64,000 nucleotides of DNA from Octopus vulgaris (GCA_951406725.2 OX597835.1:28582001-28646000), one strand, 5' to 3'; shown: positions 27,775-41,841, numbered from the stretch's first letter. A program made the numbers and translations. Notes: generated by a model from the sequence alone, not told the origin.

Positions 27775-28251
27775 GGTTAAAGCCCTGATCGTTAACGGAA
27801 ACAATTTAAAGGTCTAAAACAAAGATTAAAAAGTAAGAAGAAAATGAACGAAAGAAAGAAAGATTAAAGATATTGCTTGAAAGGTTTCTGTAGAAACCTT
27901 GGCCATATTACGTAAACATTTGAGAAACTGGTGTCCAATACAAGACTTCTGAATACTAAACATTCTTTGAAATTTTTCTTTTAATCGCTGTGTAAACAAG
28001 TAACTCTTCATTAACAATTGAAACGAAATTCAAAACCGTTCATTATCAATATTAGATTCATACATATACACGCGTGCGCACAGGTCACGTGGATTATATA
28101 TGATTATCATATACATATACACATGTCTTACATATATATAAATTATGTACAAATATTCATTACACACATACACACACACAAATATATATATGTTATATAT
28201 ATATGTATATATATATACATACATACACACTCACACACACACATATATATG

Positions 28252-28298
<47 letters not shown>

Positions 28299-28368
28299 GT
28301 ATATATATATGTATGTATGTATATATATAAATATATATATATACAGAGAGAGAGAGAAAGAGAGAGCA

Positions 28369-28725
28369 GGCTCATGGCTCAGTGGTTAAAGCGTCGAGCT
28401 TATGATCGTGAGGTTTTGAGTTCGATTTCCGGACCGGGCTGCGTGTTGTGTTCTCAAAGTGAACTCTATCGCCACTCCGGTACTCTTGACAAAGACACTT
28501 TATTTCACGTTGCTCCAGTTCACCCACCTGTAGAAATGAGTTGCGACATCACTGGTGCCAAGCTGTATCGGCCGTTGCCTTTCCCTTAGACAACGTTAAT
28601 GGTATGGAGAGGGGAGGCTGGTATGCATGGGCGACTGCTGGCCTTCCATAAACAACCTAGCCGGAACTTGTGCCTCGGAAAGGAAATTTCTAGGTGCAAT
28701 GCCATGGTCACTCATGGCCGAAGGC
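28369..28725 (+). mobile_element. SINE family D
   Basis: tRNA-like head TGGCTCAGTGG...GAGTTCGATT; homologous to 19146-19436 and 29775-29930. Confidence 0.82.
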
Positions 28726-28741
28726 AGGCTCTCTCTCTCTC

Positions 28742-28809
<68 letters not shown>

Positions 28810-28810
<1 letters not shown>

Positions 28811-28985
28811 GTCGCCATGATAGATCGTTAGCCACTACACACATTTTTTTTCTCTCCATGTTTCTCTCCTTGTTTTCTGTAGGCTCGAAACGTAAAAGAC
28901 TTTTTTCTATTCCTGAGCGTTATACTAATACATCTGTCTCTTTTGTACACCACTTATCCTCGTCTTTTGCTTTTTCGTAAACTCT

Positions 28986-28990
<5 letters not shown>
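28810..28990 (+). mobile_element. PLE-type terminal repeat in (TA)n with core-deleted hammerhead
   Basis: TTTTCTG..GGCTCGAAACGTAAAA and TTCCTGAGCG shared with 4730-4945; (TA)n on both flanks. Confidence 0.5.
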
Positions 28991-29033
<43 letters not shown>

Positions 29034-29139
29034 TTATATATTATATATGTATACATATTCGTGCGTATATCTATCTATTTGTCACTATCTCTCTCGCTCT
29101 TTCCCTCTCTATATATGTATATATGTACGTGAGTATATG

Positions 29140-29185
<46 letters not shown>

Positions 29186-29379
29186 TTAGTTACTATAAAA
29201 AGAAAGTCATAAAAGGTGCAGTAAAATGATGATACTGTTTAAAATTGGTTGAAGGAGGAAACTAAAAGATTTAAAATCCGTTCAATGCCGTTTAAATAAT
29301 CGATTAAAATATTTCGCGATTTAACACTTAGGGATAATGGAATTCATTCTCGTTACATCAACATTTATATTTCCTTTTG

Positions 29380-29722
29380 CTGACGTGGAATATCTTAGAC
29401 AGTGATACTCTTGTCGGTGATAATTACTTCTTCGTCTCAACCAGGAGAATTCATCTACGAAGCAATTTCCCCAGCTCCCCTTCAGGGTTGCCGAAAGCGA
29501 TGTGGTGGAAAACGAAAAACCTGGCTGATGACAGTCAAAGCTGACCTGGAACCCAACCTAGGCCCCCATATCTACGCTGGCATAAGGAGTGGTTGGAGAT
29601 TACACGGTCGTTAGCCTCAAACGCCAGGCCTAGCCGGCGTTTGTGAGAGATGTAGCATTGAGGATGAATGAAGCCAGCTCAACCCACCCCGGGTGAATGC
29701 TGTCTCAAGACAAGAGGAAGAC
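29380..29722 (+). mobile_element. RTE-clade LINE 3' end
   Basis: Translation PLQGCRKRCGGKRKTWLMTVKADLE...EWLEITRSLASNRQA..AFVRD fits the RTE C-terminus; short repeat tail. Confidence 0.65.
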
Positions 29723-29774
29723 TTCGTCTGTTCATTGTTTCTTTTTGAAGATTTATAAAACTGGGCCGTCCCGT

Positions 29775-29930
29775 CACAGGGTTACTCATTTTTGCCAGCT
29801 GAGTGGACTGGAGCAACGTGAAATGAAGTGTTTTGCTCAAGAACACAACGCGTCACCCGGTCCAGGAATCGAAACCATAATCTTACGATCATCAGTGCAA
29901 CACCCTAACCACTAAGCCTCGCGCCTCCAC
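29775..29930 (-). mobile_element. SINE D-type head and core fragment
   Basis: CAGCTGAGTGGACTGGAGCAACGTGAAAT shared with D copies. Confidence 0.7.
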
Positions 29931-29939
29931 TGAACATCA

Positions 29940-30145
29940 CCGACACAAGTAGAGACTTTTAAGAATCTTGAGGTTGTATTTACGAGTGATTGGAGTCAAG
30001 AAGCTGAACTGGGTAGAATTGCAGCTGCCGGCGCCGGCTTCAGCGTTCGATCCTCAGAAGAGAATTTGGTGAAAAGAAAACCCAGCCAAACTTACTATCT
30101 TCAGTGCCTTTCAGTCCCCACTTATGGCCATGGATGTTGGATATG
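29940..30145 (+). pseudogene. RTE reverse transcriptase C-terminal fragment
   Basis: QVETFKNLEVVFTSD...RIAAA...AKLTIF...TYGHGCW approximates VEKFKYLG...RIGAA...LTYGHESW. Confidence 0.6.
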
Positions 30146-30751
30146 CCTCATATTCGCCTAATAATAGCGATTTGACCATTCTAAAGTATAATTACTAACA
30201 GACTTTATAAATAAATTGTACATATTATATCTAACCCTTTAACAGAAATGAACAAAGAATCTGTATAACCACAATGAAACCTCGCCCCCACGCACACACA
30301 CATACATAGAAAAAAGCGTATAACACGAAATAAGCGCCCAAACAATAACAACAAACAACAATCTAACGACAGAACGAAATCTAGTTTAAGTCAACCAGGA
30401 ACTTTCCATCATCAGCTGCTTAATGTATATCAACGCAATTTCAACACTAAAAACAGGATCACTGCTTCTGTAGGTGTCACTTTGGTTAATATACAAACGA
30501 AATGATTGTAACCAGGACACAAATCCAAAACTTACATTTTCACATTAGCACCTTGTACTACAAAACTTATACTTACAAATAATGGTAATTCGACTCATAC
30601 ACACACACACACACACACACACTCACACACACACACACATATATATATGGGGGGGGGGGCAAAACAAGGCTGAGAAAACAGTACTTGTATAACAAAAGTA
30701 CAGTAAAAATAGAGTAAAATAATATTCTATTGAAACTGAAAAACAAAGAAA

Positions 30752-30808
30752 CCTTCACAAACAGCTACTCAGAGTTTCCCGGAACGATTCATCAAACTGT
30801 TGTGAGAA
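30752..30808 (-). ncRNA. Near-intact minimal hammerhead in a PLE-type end
   Basis: ACAGT-TTGATGA-ATCGTTCCGG-GAAA-CTC(T)GAG-TA-GCTGT with extendable stem I; C3>U substitution. Confidence 0.55.
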
Positions 30809-30819
30809 GTCAGAATATA

Positions 30820-30860
<41 letters not shown>

Positions 30861-31056
30861 TTGACCATTCTCTTATATTTATTTTTGTATAAAATATTAT
30901 AATATATTATAAAATATTATAATAATCCAGGTTTCTCGAGGCACTGGGCCACTTGGTGTTGAATGGACATACTATTAAATTAGTATCTAATTCTCTCACC
31001 CTTATTAATTAATTATATATACATACATATATATATATATATGTATATATATATAC

Positions 31057-31159
<103 letters not shown>

Positions 31160-31196
31160 CATATACATACGCATAGATAGATAGATAGACAGATAT

Positions 31197-31257
<61 letters not shown>

Positions 31258-31496
31258 CAGACACTCTATATAGTTGCGTAAAAACAGTTAAACATTAACT
31301 TAAGAATCACTGAATACCTTTCTGGCGAGTATCGCACATATTTTCACAACGAACAGTTTGATAGTAACTTCGAAGTCTCGGTTCAATAGCCTGGAAGATT
31401 TCGACGAAATCCAGTGTCGAAACCTCGCAACAACTTACAGCCTTCACTTTGTGTGAGTATGTGTGTGTGTTTGTGTATGTGTGTGCGTGTGTGCAT

Positions 31497-31690
31497 CTTT
31501 TACTTGTTTCAGCCATTAGACTGCGGCCATGCTGCAGCACCGCCTCTAAGAGCTTTTAGTTGAACGAATCGACCCTAGGACTTATTCTTAAGCCTGGAAC
31601 TCATTCTATCGGTGTCTTTTGCCAGCTGCTAAGTTACAGGGACGAGTGTCAAACGGTGGTGGACACAAACACAGACACAAAGGCACACAC
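31497..31690 (-). mobile_element. SINE family A, 3' half
   Basis: Tail and 3' domain only. Confidence 0.8.
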
Positions 31691-31716
31691 ACACTTGCAT
31701 TTATGCATGTGTGTGC

Positions 31717-31829
<113 letters not shown>

Positions 31830-31908
31830 TATGCCCTAATGCAGTACTAGGCAGTGGCTCTCATGGTTCCTGATCTTAACTGATTGGAAGTGTTATCATG
31901 TACATTGT
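31830..31908 (+). mobile_element. Element F 5' end after (AAT)n
   Basis: ATGCCCTAATGCAGTACTAGGCAGTGGCTCTCATGG is the reverse complement of 43715-43790. Confidence 0.8.
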
Positions 31909-32150
31909 GGGGTTTAGTTCACTGGTGATCTAAACGAATAGGTACGCTGGGTAAGTGCTATAGTTGGTGGACCGTTAGGCTCCAACATCAGAGCTAAGAC
32001 TGGATCTAGGGATCTGTGTTAGGGTTCCGTTATAGTACGTATATATCATATTAGAGGAAAACCAGAGCAGAACGAATATCGCAAGTCATTTAGAATAATT
32101 TATTTACGGTAAATTCACCTTAACCTAATTAAATTATTCTTAATTACTTG

Positions 32151-32207
<57 letters not shown>

Positions 32208-32208
<1 letters not shown>

Positions 32209-32355
32209 GATGGGCTTCTTTCAGTTTTCGTCTACCGAATCCATTTACAATGCTTTGGTCGGCCCGATGCTTTAGTAGAAGACACTTGCCCAAGGTGCCA
32301 CGCAGTGGGACTGAACTCGGAACCATGTGGCTGGGAGGTCGGCTTCTTACCACAC
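32208..32355 (-). mobile_element. SINE family A, 5' half
   Basis: Head and core up to the internal (TA)n. Confidence 0.82.
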
Positions 32356-32842
32356 ACACACACATGTTTTGCATGCTGGTAACTCGGACCATGAGTAGAA
32401 TGAATCATTTAGTGAGCTCATTCGTGTACATCGGCGCACGTGTGTGTGTCTGTGTATGTGTGTATGTGTATGTGTGTGTGTGTGTGTGCGTGCATGCGTG
32501 CGTGCGTGTGTGTGTGTGTGTATGTGTGTGTGTGTGTGTGTGTGCGCGCACACACACACACACGTACCCAGTATAAACTCGAGCTATATACCTTATCACG
32601 TGCATTTATGTACAAAGCAACTGCAGCAACAAGAAGACGAACAACAGATTGGCACTCTTAACTTTTTATCTTATCTAGTGAAGACAGACGAGTACGGGCT
32701 TGTCACATACGACCACTACTACTACTACTACTACTACTACTTGTACCAGCATTGCACCTACCCAGGCACGCACGCACACGCACGCACACGCACGCACGCA
32801 CACGCACGCACACGCACGCACGCACACGCACGCACACGCACG

Positions 32843-32886
<44 letters not shown>

Positions 32887-33221
32887 GAGAGAGAGATAGT
32901 CATGGCAGGAATGTCTTTGATCGTTGGCTTGAATAGACAGGCTAATAACAGGCCAAACAACAACAGTTCTCTTAAATAAAGAGCCTTTGCATGGTATGGC
33001 AACCCGATCGGAACGATTGCCTATCCCCTCGTGCAAAAGCGCCAGAATCTTCATCATCGTTATTACAAGGGCGATATGCTAGGCAAAATGCTTAGCGACG
33101 TTTCTTACGGATCTTAATGTTCTACGTTCAAATCCCGTTGAGATCAATTGTTACTTCTCGTCCTTTGGTGGGTGCTGTCTATAAAATAAAGTACCATTCA
33201 CGTACTGGCGTCGACAGTATA

Positions 33222-33393
33222 GGCGCAGGAGTGGCTGTGTAGTAAGTAGCTTGCTTACCAACCACATGGTTCCGGGTCCAGTCCCACTGCGTGGCACTTT
33301 GGGCAAGTGTCCTCTACTAAAGCCTTGGGTCGACCAAAGCCTTGTGAGTGGATTTGGTAGACAGAAACTGAAAGAAGTCTGTCGTATATAAAC

Positions 33394-33485
<92 letters not shown>

Positions 33486-33710
33486 GTGTGTTTAAATGTT
33501 TGTGTCTATGTTTGTCCCCCCCCCCAACATCGCTTCACAACCGATGCTGGTGTGTTTACGTCCCCGTAACTTAGCGGTTTGGCAAAAGAGACCGATAGAA
33601 TAAGTACTAGGCTTACAAAGAATAAGTCCGTCCTGGGTTCGAATTGCTCGACTAAAGGCGTTGCTCCAGCATGGCCGCAATCAAATGACTGAAACAAATA
33701 AGTAAGGAGT
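33222..33710 (+). mobile_element. SINE family A, full length, inserted within an old SINE B
   Basis: Full A copy; B body at 33070-33215 continues after 33710. Confidence 0.9.
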
Positions 33711-34494
33711 ATCGAACTAAGTGTTCCCTTCAAAAACTGCCAACCGCGTGCTTCGATCAGAAGCTATTACTATTATCCTTATAGGATGATAATGACGATG
33801 ATGATGTTGATTTAAATGAGGAAGAATAGAGGTGTTGAAAACAACGAGAATGGCGATGATATTTGCGAGCGAAAATAATGGATGCGTGATTGCTACGCGC
33901 TGTACTTGATGATGATGATTATGCTGTTGATGATGATGATGATGAACGAATAGGATGGCGATGATGATTATTATGGCAACGATGAAAATATAATGTGACT
34001 GATGACGTTGATAACGACGACAGAGTTGATCTTAATATCTTAAAAAAATCTTCAAGAAAGATTAGAGATAAAGAATGAGAATAAAGTTAAGAAAAAAGAA
34101 AGAAGGAAAAGAAGGAAGGAAGGAAGGAAGGAAAAGAGTGAAAAAAAAGATGACAAGTAAAAAGCAATGAAAACGACGACAATGACAAGGATAGACGAAA
34201 CACTTTGATCCCACCCCCATAACCCATGTCCACCCCCCCTCCACTCCACGCCAACCTTTGACCTCCCATAATATATCTAATTAGACTGTCAAACGTTTGA
34301 CCCTCAGGCGATACCATACGTGTTCTGCCAAAGAAAATGTATCGACATATGTTGCTATCGATTTCTGCCTTAAGGAGAAGGTTTATAGATAGATATATTG
34401 ATGAGATTCAGTAATGCTCATTATCGCTTCTTTCTTTCTTTTTCTTTAGTAAAAAGCAAAAAAAAACCCCTTAAAATCTCTTTATCTTCTTTTT

Positions 34495-34795
34495 ATCGTT
34501 TATCTTTTACCCATTTCAGTCATTAGACTGCGGCCATGTTGGGGCACCGCCTTGAATTTTTTTAAGACGAATCAATCGACCCCTGTGCTCATTATTTAAG
34601 TTTGGTACTTATTCTATCGGTCTTTCTTGAGTCCGATAAGTTGCTGGAACGTAAACACACCCACACCGGTTGTCACACGCACATATATACGACGGGCTTC
34701 TTTCAGTTTCCGTCTGCCAAATCCACTCACAAGGCTTTGGTCGGCCCGAGGCTCTAGTAGAAGACACTTTCCCCAAGGTACCACGGTACAAAGGT

Positions 34796-34850
<55 letters not shown>

Positions 34851-35060
34851 GTGAGAGTGGGAGAGAGAAACTACGTGTATACACGTATTTGTGTTGACAA
34901 CTGGTGTTGATTGGGTTACCACCATAACCTAGCGACTCGACAAAAGAGCCCCGACAGAATAAGTACCGGACTTAAAACAAAAAAGGAAAAAAGTACTGAG
35001 ATTGATTTGTGCTCCAGCATGGCCGCAGTCCAATGACTGAGATAAAGACTGAAAAAATAA
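34495..35060. mobile_element. Two diverged SINE A fragments in opposite orientation around (GA)n
   Basis: Minus copy 34495-34785; plus-strand tail 34885-35060. Confidence 0.75.
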
Positions 35061-35138
35061 AAAAGAAAACGAAACAAAAGAAAAGCGCGAGTGAAAAAAA
35101 TAAAGATGGGCATACTAGATTATCTTTGATCACATATA

Positions 35139-35303
35139 GGCGCAGGGGTGGCTGTGTGGTAAGTAGCTTGCTTACCAGCCACATGGTTCCGGGTTCAGTC
35201 CGACTGCGTGGCACCTCGGGCGAGTGTCTTCTACTATAGCCTCGGACCGACCAAAGCCTTGTGAGTGGATTTGGTAGACGGAAACTGAAGGAAGCCCGTC
35301 GTA

Positions 35304-35391
<88 letters not shown>

Positions 35392-35590
35392 TGTGTCTGT
35401 CTCCCTAGCATTGCTTGACAACCGATGCTGGTGTGTTTATGTCCCCGTCACCTAGCGGTTCGGCAAAAGAGACCGATAGAATAAGTACTGGGCCTACAAA
35501 GAATAAGCCCCGGGGTCGAGTTGCTCGACTAAAGGAGGTGCTCCAGCAAGGCCGCAGTCAACTGACTGAAACAAGTAAAAGAGTAAAGAG
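35139..35590 (+). mobile_element. SINE family A, full length
   Basis: Near-consensus copy. Confidence 0.92.
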
Positions 35591-36167
35591 TATATCTTCT
35601 TGATCTTTGCTGACTTTGAGCAAAATATCGACGACGATCGAAAATATTACAGACAAGTGTCCTAGTTTTCAGCCACGTAACTTTCTTATCTCCATTTAGT
35701 TTATATTTAAGACGTTTTGTAGTTAAAGGGAGTTTTCTTGAGTACTCGCTCTGTGGTTTGCCAGCTACTTCACTGATATACTCTTATCTGATGGACGTGT
35801 CATATCTACCAGTGCACAAGTCCTGGAAAAAAGAAACAACGTACAGTGTAACAATGTCAGGCCTGTTGCTTCTTACGTGGCGGATAATACTCGTTGAAGT
35901 TGACTAATATCACCAAAAGGACAGTGTTAAGAGCAGCAGTGAATGATGGTAGAATTTGTGAAAGCCAGATAAAACGGTTTTTGATAATATAGAAGTACCA
36001 GTCACATATTTATATCGATTTCACCGATTACATTCTACGTGTCATCCAAAGATTGTGACAATGTCCTAATGCAAAATAAAGACTAAAAATAAAATGCAGA
36101 AGAAAGAAAAACACATTTGCGTTTGTGCGTGTGCGTATACTAAAGCCGAAAACTGATTATTGACATA

Positions 36168-36236
<69 letters not shown>

Positions 36237-36318
36237 GTGTGTGTGTATGTAATATATGTATGTATATATCTGTCTACTTTCATACTTATATACTTACATG
36301 CACACATACATACATACA

Positions 36319-36354
<36 letters not shown>

Positions 36355-36357
36355 TAT

Positions 36358-36548
36358 ATTCTTTTATCCTTTTACTTGTTTCAGTCATTTGACTGCGGCA
36401 TTGCTGGAGTACCGCCTTTAGTCGAGCAAATCGCCCCAGGCCTTATTCTTTGTGAACCTAGTACTTATTCTATCGCTTTCTTTTGCCGAACCGCTAGGTT
36501 ACGGGGACGGGAGCACACCAGCATCGGTTGTCAAGCGATGCTGGGGAG
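36358..36548 (-). mobile_element. SINE family A, 3' half
   Basis: Tail and 3' domain. Confidence 0.85.
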
Positions 36549-36608
36549 AACATAACGAAATGTTAGCGCCAAGCAGTGTTTAGGCATAAACAAAATTTAG
36601 TTAGTTAA

Positions 36609-36661
<53 letters not shown>

Positions 36662-36687
36662 TAATAATAATAATTATAATAATGATA

Positions 36688-37140
36688 ATAAAAGATGGGC
36701 TACAGCAAATATTCTGCTCAATACCACAGATTTGCTTGTCAGTTGTTTGAGCATGTCCCTTAGTGGCTGACGATATGTGCATCTCTGATCACGAGCAGAA
36801 GTAGTGGGGGAGCATCATAGCCATGTGTTGAGAGGGATTGTTTGGGGTTTGAATAATTCACCTCTGGAAACATAGGTGGTTCTTTCAACATCCTTAAACA
36901 ACCCTTATTCAGGGACCTTTTGATTGTGATGGGCTACTCAACCTGAAGAAATTTCTAGCTGGGCCCCACATGCAAGGTCATGTGCTGTTTATCTTGATAT
37001 GAGATCACTATGTCGCACACATATGGTTGTGATGCATGTGCCTGGTGTACCCTTATCAGACGGGTAGTCATGATGGGTGTATTGGGCTTCGTATATTTTA
37101 CCCCAGTGTCACTTTGATGGCATGAACTGCTCTCTCACTC
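36688..37140 (+). mobile_element. Element F (5'-truncated), flanked by (AAT)n
   Basis: High identity to the reverse complement of 43310-43700 and 43857-43998; ends CTCTCTCACTC-AATAATAAT. Confidence 0.85.
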
Positions 37141-37493
37141 AATAATAATAATATGAAAATAACACTAAGGTATTTGTACTTAAAAATTCAACTCTTTCGG
37201 AGCATTATTTTAAGGGATTAGTTTTAGGATTAGCAAAAGTAAGGGAGTCGATCGTAACCGGTTGGTAGTAAGACTTATATATTTATATACATATATATAA
37301 TTAAAGAAAAAAAAAGGAGTTATATATAACAACAACAACAACAATAATAAGATAAACGAGACACTGTAGTGACAAACCTCTTAAAACCAAAGGAGATGTA
37401 AAGATATGGATAATCTTTATGTAAATTTTAAAATGATAAATCAAGTGGGAGATAAAATGAGCTTTTGATATTTATAGATTGTTTACAAGGCGG

Positions 37494-37532
<39 letters not shown>

Positions 37533-37964
37533 TAATAATAATAATAATAATAATAATAAGAAGAAGAATAAGAAGAAGAAGAGGGAGGAGGAGGAGGAGG
37601 AATTTTACAACTAGAGTAGATAAAGTAGTGTCTGATTATGTAAGTTTATACGCACATACACAAACACACGTATGCACACCCACCCACGCACACGTGTACA
37701 TATATACACAGGAAACCCTCGTTTTCTAGTAGTAATGCATTCTTGAAAATCTGGCCGTAACGCGAAATTCCACAATGCGAAATTAATTTTCCTATTGATT
37801 TCCATATTATCGACTAAGATTGCGTTCCTAAAAATCAAAAACAAAAGGCAAAGGGAAGAAAAAACCAAAAAGAAACAACAGAGAAAAAGCAACCCAATCA
37901 CCTTTATACATGGAAATAGCTATTTCTGAACTTACATGTTACAATATAGGTATATATGAACACA

Positions 37965-38347
37965 GTGGAGGCGCAATGGCCCAGTGGTTAGGGCAGCGGA
38001 CTCGCGGTCGTAGGATCGTGGTTTCGATTCCCAGACCGGGTGTTGTGAGTGTTTATTGAACGAAAACGCCTAAAGTTCCACGAGGCTCCGGTAGGCAGTG
38101 GTGGCGAACCCTACAGTAGTCTTTCGCCACAACATTCTCTCACTCTTTCTTCCTGTTTCTGTTGCACCTGTATTTCAAAGGGCCAGCCTTGTCACACTCT
38201 GTGTCACGCTGAATCTCCCCGAGAACTACGTTAAGGGTACACGTGTCTGTGGAGTGCTCAGCCACTTGCACGTTAATTTCACGAGCAGGCTGTTCCGTTG
38301 CTCGGATCAACTGGAACCCTCGTGGTCGTAACCGACAGAGTGCCACG
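37965..38347 (+). mobile_element. SINE family C
   Basis: tRNA-like head TGGCCCAGTGG...GGTTTCGATTCC; homologous to 48689-49055. Confidence 0.87.
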
Positions 38348-38349
38348 AT

Positions 38350-39240
38350 ATAAACACAGAAACATTTCGAGTAATGTTTTGTTGGACATATTATGCCTGG
38401 CACTGTACCGCAGGATAAAAACCGTTTGTAATCCACTCTTTGAATAGGCTCTGAGTCACCCATGGCTTCTTATCTGAACGCCAAATCAGAAGCAGATTCA
38501 ACTTTTTGCAACCATTGAAAGTCCTTATATTTTCGGAGTGGGTTTTCATTTCACATCACCTGTGGCATTTTTTCCCGAAATAAGTGTCAGACAATTTTTG
38601 AAAGCTTTAATTCATAGTGTTGGTTTTTCTTCTCGGAAAATAAAAGTTCTAGCAGGCATGCACTTTCAGAACAGTGAAGTTCATATTGTATACTTGCTCA
38701 GGCGTGTAGCCCGCTTCAGCAGTCATTTTATTCAACTGATCAGGATAATTTGTAAACGCTTTTGTATCAACGCTCGCAGTTTCGCCAGTCATGTATATGT
38801 TGTACAAATTCATGGGCTTGTTAAACCTTTCAAACGAGCCTTAACAAGCCAAAAATGATTTCTCATTAGACGTTTCATTTTTCCACAAATTGTCATATAA
38901 ACTTTTGGCTCCTTTTTGAATTACCACTGTGTTTCTGGGCACATTACACTGGGTCCGCTCTCCATACGCTCAAGAGTTGCTCTATTTTAAGCATTACGTT
39001 AAACCAATGGAGAAATAAGATCTGGACAGTTGGCGGAGTAGCTTCTTAAGCACTTGACATAATATTTTCTCTCTGTTGTCGTATACTGCTCCCACTGTAG
39101 ATGTTGGTAACATACAATGTTTAGGCAATATAATTTAGTTTTATTTCCGCATCAAGTCTTTCTAAAACATCAAGTTTAATATCTAGTGTATTCCCTTTAC
39201 CCTTCTTTTAAACACTACTGCCTTCCAGACGTCTTAAATA
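38350..39240 (-). pseudogene. Tigger/pogo transposase remnant (CENP-B-type HTH + start of DDE_1)
   Basis: TLDIKLDVLERLD...LPTSTV...NLYNIYMTGETASVD...GYTPEQVYN...MPARTFI...NATGD...IWRSDKKPWVTQSLFKEW; frameshifts and stops. Confidence 0.85.
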
Positions 39241-39640
39241 AAAGGCAAATCCTACAGCAGCGGCAATTAATTATCCACAAACAAATTAAGTAAAATCAAA
39301 TTGGCCCAGGCAAGATCTGTTTTGTGACAGTGGAAAATTGTCTTATTCTAATTAATGCAATAAGGAAAATGAGATGAAAAGGTGAAGGACAGAGGAAGAG
39401 AAAGTACTATATTATTACAGTTAGCTGAAGGGTCACCAAATTTCATAGGCAATTAGCCCCGTGCTCTTCTTCTAAACTTGAGGCCTAAATTCACGCACAC
39501 TCATACACACACACGCACGCATACGCGCAATCACGCATGCGCATACGTGTTGGCGTACTTGCTGACATCTGTTGCAGCCTGTTGGATTCAAAAGTTAATG
39601 GATTGAGAGTAGTAATGATGTGAGTTGCTTTGGTTTAGAT

Positions 39641-39991
39641 CAGTGGTTCCCAACCGAGGACCATATGGCCCCTGAGGATCTATATAAGATTTCTTTTTTT
39701 TTGGGGGGGGGGGGGTTCACGCAAAAAAAAATTGGGGATCTACAATAGTATTTTAAGGGACCCCTGAAAATATTTTGATTTAGATGTATTGGTATGTATT
39801 GCAAGTTCGGTTTCTTTCTCAAACATTTTACAGTGTTCAACCTACACAAGTTAATGAGTTGGAAACAAAATAGGAATTTTGAAAGAAGTTCGTATAAAAC
39901 TAGTTTTTAAACATCAAGTAGCGATGGAGATCCACCAGAATAATGTAGTAACCCAAGGGATCCATAGATAAAAAGTGGTTGAGAACCCCTG
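39641..39991. mobile_element. hAT (Charlie-like) MITE
   Basis: TIRs CAGTGGTTCCCAAC / GTTGAGAACCCCTG; 8-bp TSD GTTTAGAT / CTTTAGAT. Confidence 0.85.
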
Positions 39992-40039
39992 CTTTAGATG
40001 TGAAAAACAAAATAGGAATTTTGAAAGATGCGTCTATAA

Positions 40040-40223
40040 TCGCTTGACAACCGATGCCGGTGTGTTTACGTCTCCGAAACTTAGCGGTCCGGCAATAGAA
40101 ACCGATAGAATAAGTACTAGGATTACAAAGAATAAGTCCTGGGGTCGATTTACTCGACTAAAAAGCGGTGCTCCAGCATGGCCGCAGTCAAATGACTGAA
40201 ACAAACAAAAGAAAGAATAAAAG
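40040..40223 (+). mobile_element. SINE family A, 3' half
   Basis: Tail and 3' domain. Confidence 0.85.
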
Positions 40224-40258
40224 ATATATATAACGTATATATATATATACACACACAC

Positions 40259-40325
<67 letters not shown>

Positions 40326-40593
40326 CTCATCTTACGTATGTGTGTAACGTGAGGCTAGTTCTCCAAATTGTTAACTGTATACTTTGATTTTAAGTAAAAC
40401 GCAAGTGGCCATTGTGCGAAGAAGAAAGTGTAGTTATCAATTGTTAATAGTTTAAAACTATGCAAAACGAGTTTCCGTAAGAGCAAAACTAGTGGTCAAA
40501 CTTTAAATCTCCGTAAGCGCGAAATCCCGTAACCCGGGTTAGCTGTAACGCGAGGGATGCCTGTATTTTGATATATATGTGTGAGGGGGTGTA

Positions 40594-40649
<56 letters not shown>

Positions 40650-40714
40650 CAGACCTGTATATAAATACACATGCATAGTTTTGCAATTGTGTGTGTGTGT
40701 GTCTGTGTGTGTGC

Positions 40715-40753
<39 letters not shown>

Positions 40754-40819
40754 CCTAAACATCATCGTTACTTCACCATAAACGTTTACAATTGCCAACA
40801 GCAGCAGCAACACCACCAA

Positions 40820-41067
40820 CAGTTTCACCATTATCATCATTATTTCTCTTCCTCCTCTTCCTTCTCATCAGCATCATTATCATCGACGTCATCAATATCA
40901 TCCCTCTCCTCCTCCTCCGCTTCCTCCATCATCTCCTCCTCCTCCTCATCATCATCATCCATTTCCTCCTATTCCTCCTCCTCTTCATCATCATCGTCAT
41001 CATCATCGTCATCAACATCCATCTCCTCCTATTCCTCCTCCTCATCATCATCATCACCGTCATCATT

Positions 41068-41116
<49 letters not shown>

Positions 41117-41244
41117 CCGTCATCATTATCATCATCATCATACATCTCCTCCTCCTCCTCCTCATCATCATCATCACCGTCATCATCATCACCGTCACCA
41201 TCATCATCATCACCATCATCATCATCATCGTCATCACCGTCATC

Positions 41245-41287
<43 letters not shown>

Positions 41288-41330
41288 CACCGTCATCATC
41301 ATCATCATCATCATCATCATCACCATCATC
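40820..41330. repeat. (CAT)n/(CCT)n trinucleotide tract
   Basis: Direct reading; source of the spurious poly-S/H ORF. Confidence 0.92.
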
Positions 41331-41694
41331 AGCCCACTGATTCGGAAATCGATCAGCTGGTCGATATTCTTATCAATACGAGTTGTTTGTATTTCTACTG
41401 CGCACTTCTAGCGATGGCACGTGTATCTGTGTATATTTATTTACGCATGTGTACATGTTCAACGGTAAGTGTATGCGCGTGTGTACTTGCTGCTTGGTGG
41501 ATGTATCTTTCCATGTATGTGTTTGTGCGTTGCTACTTCTCGGAATTGTGCATGTTTATATGTGTGTATGTGTGTATGTGCGCGTGTACTTGCTAGCGTG
41601 TATATGTATCTATAGGTATATGTATATGTTGATCAGTATACGTATGAATATCTGCACACACAAACACATACACACACAGACACACATATACACA

Positions 41695-41750
<56 letters not shown>

Positions 41751-41841
41751 GCTTGTATATATAATAGTTACGTGTGTATATAAAGATATATATACACATA
41801 TACATATATATAAACATATACACACATATATATATACATAT

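Larger units (their letters stand above)
37709..40563 (-). mobile_element. pogo/Tigger DNA transposon, internally deleted, with nested insertions
   Basis: Imperfect TIRs CAGGAAACCCTCG (37709) and CAGGCATCCCTCG (reverse complement, 40563, followed by TA); subterminal TTTCGCG(C)TTACGG at both ends; transposase fossil inside. Confidence 0.7.

Noticed and set aside
37965-38045. tRNA gene (also 19680-19752, 28369-28440)
   Set aside because: A/B boxes present but the acceptor and anticodon stems do not pair, and each continues into a SINE body
40691-41596. 301-aa Ser/His-rich ORF
   Set aside because: (CAT)n tract; all frames are open for compositional reasons
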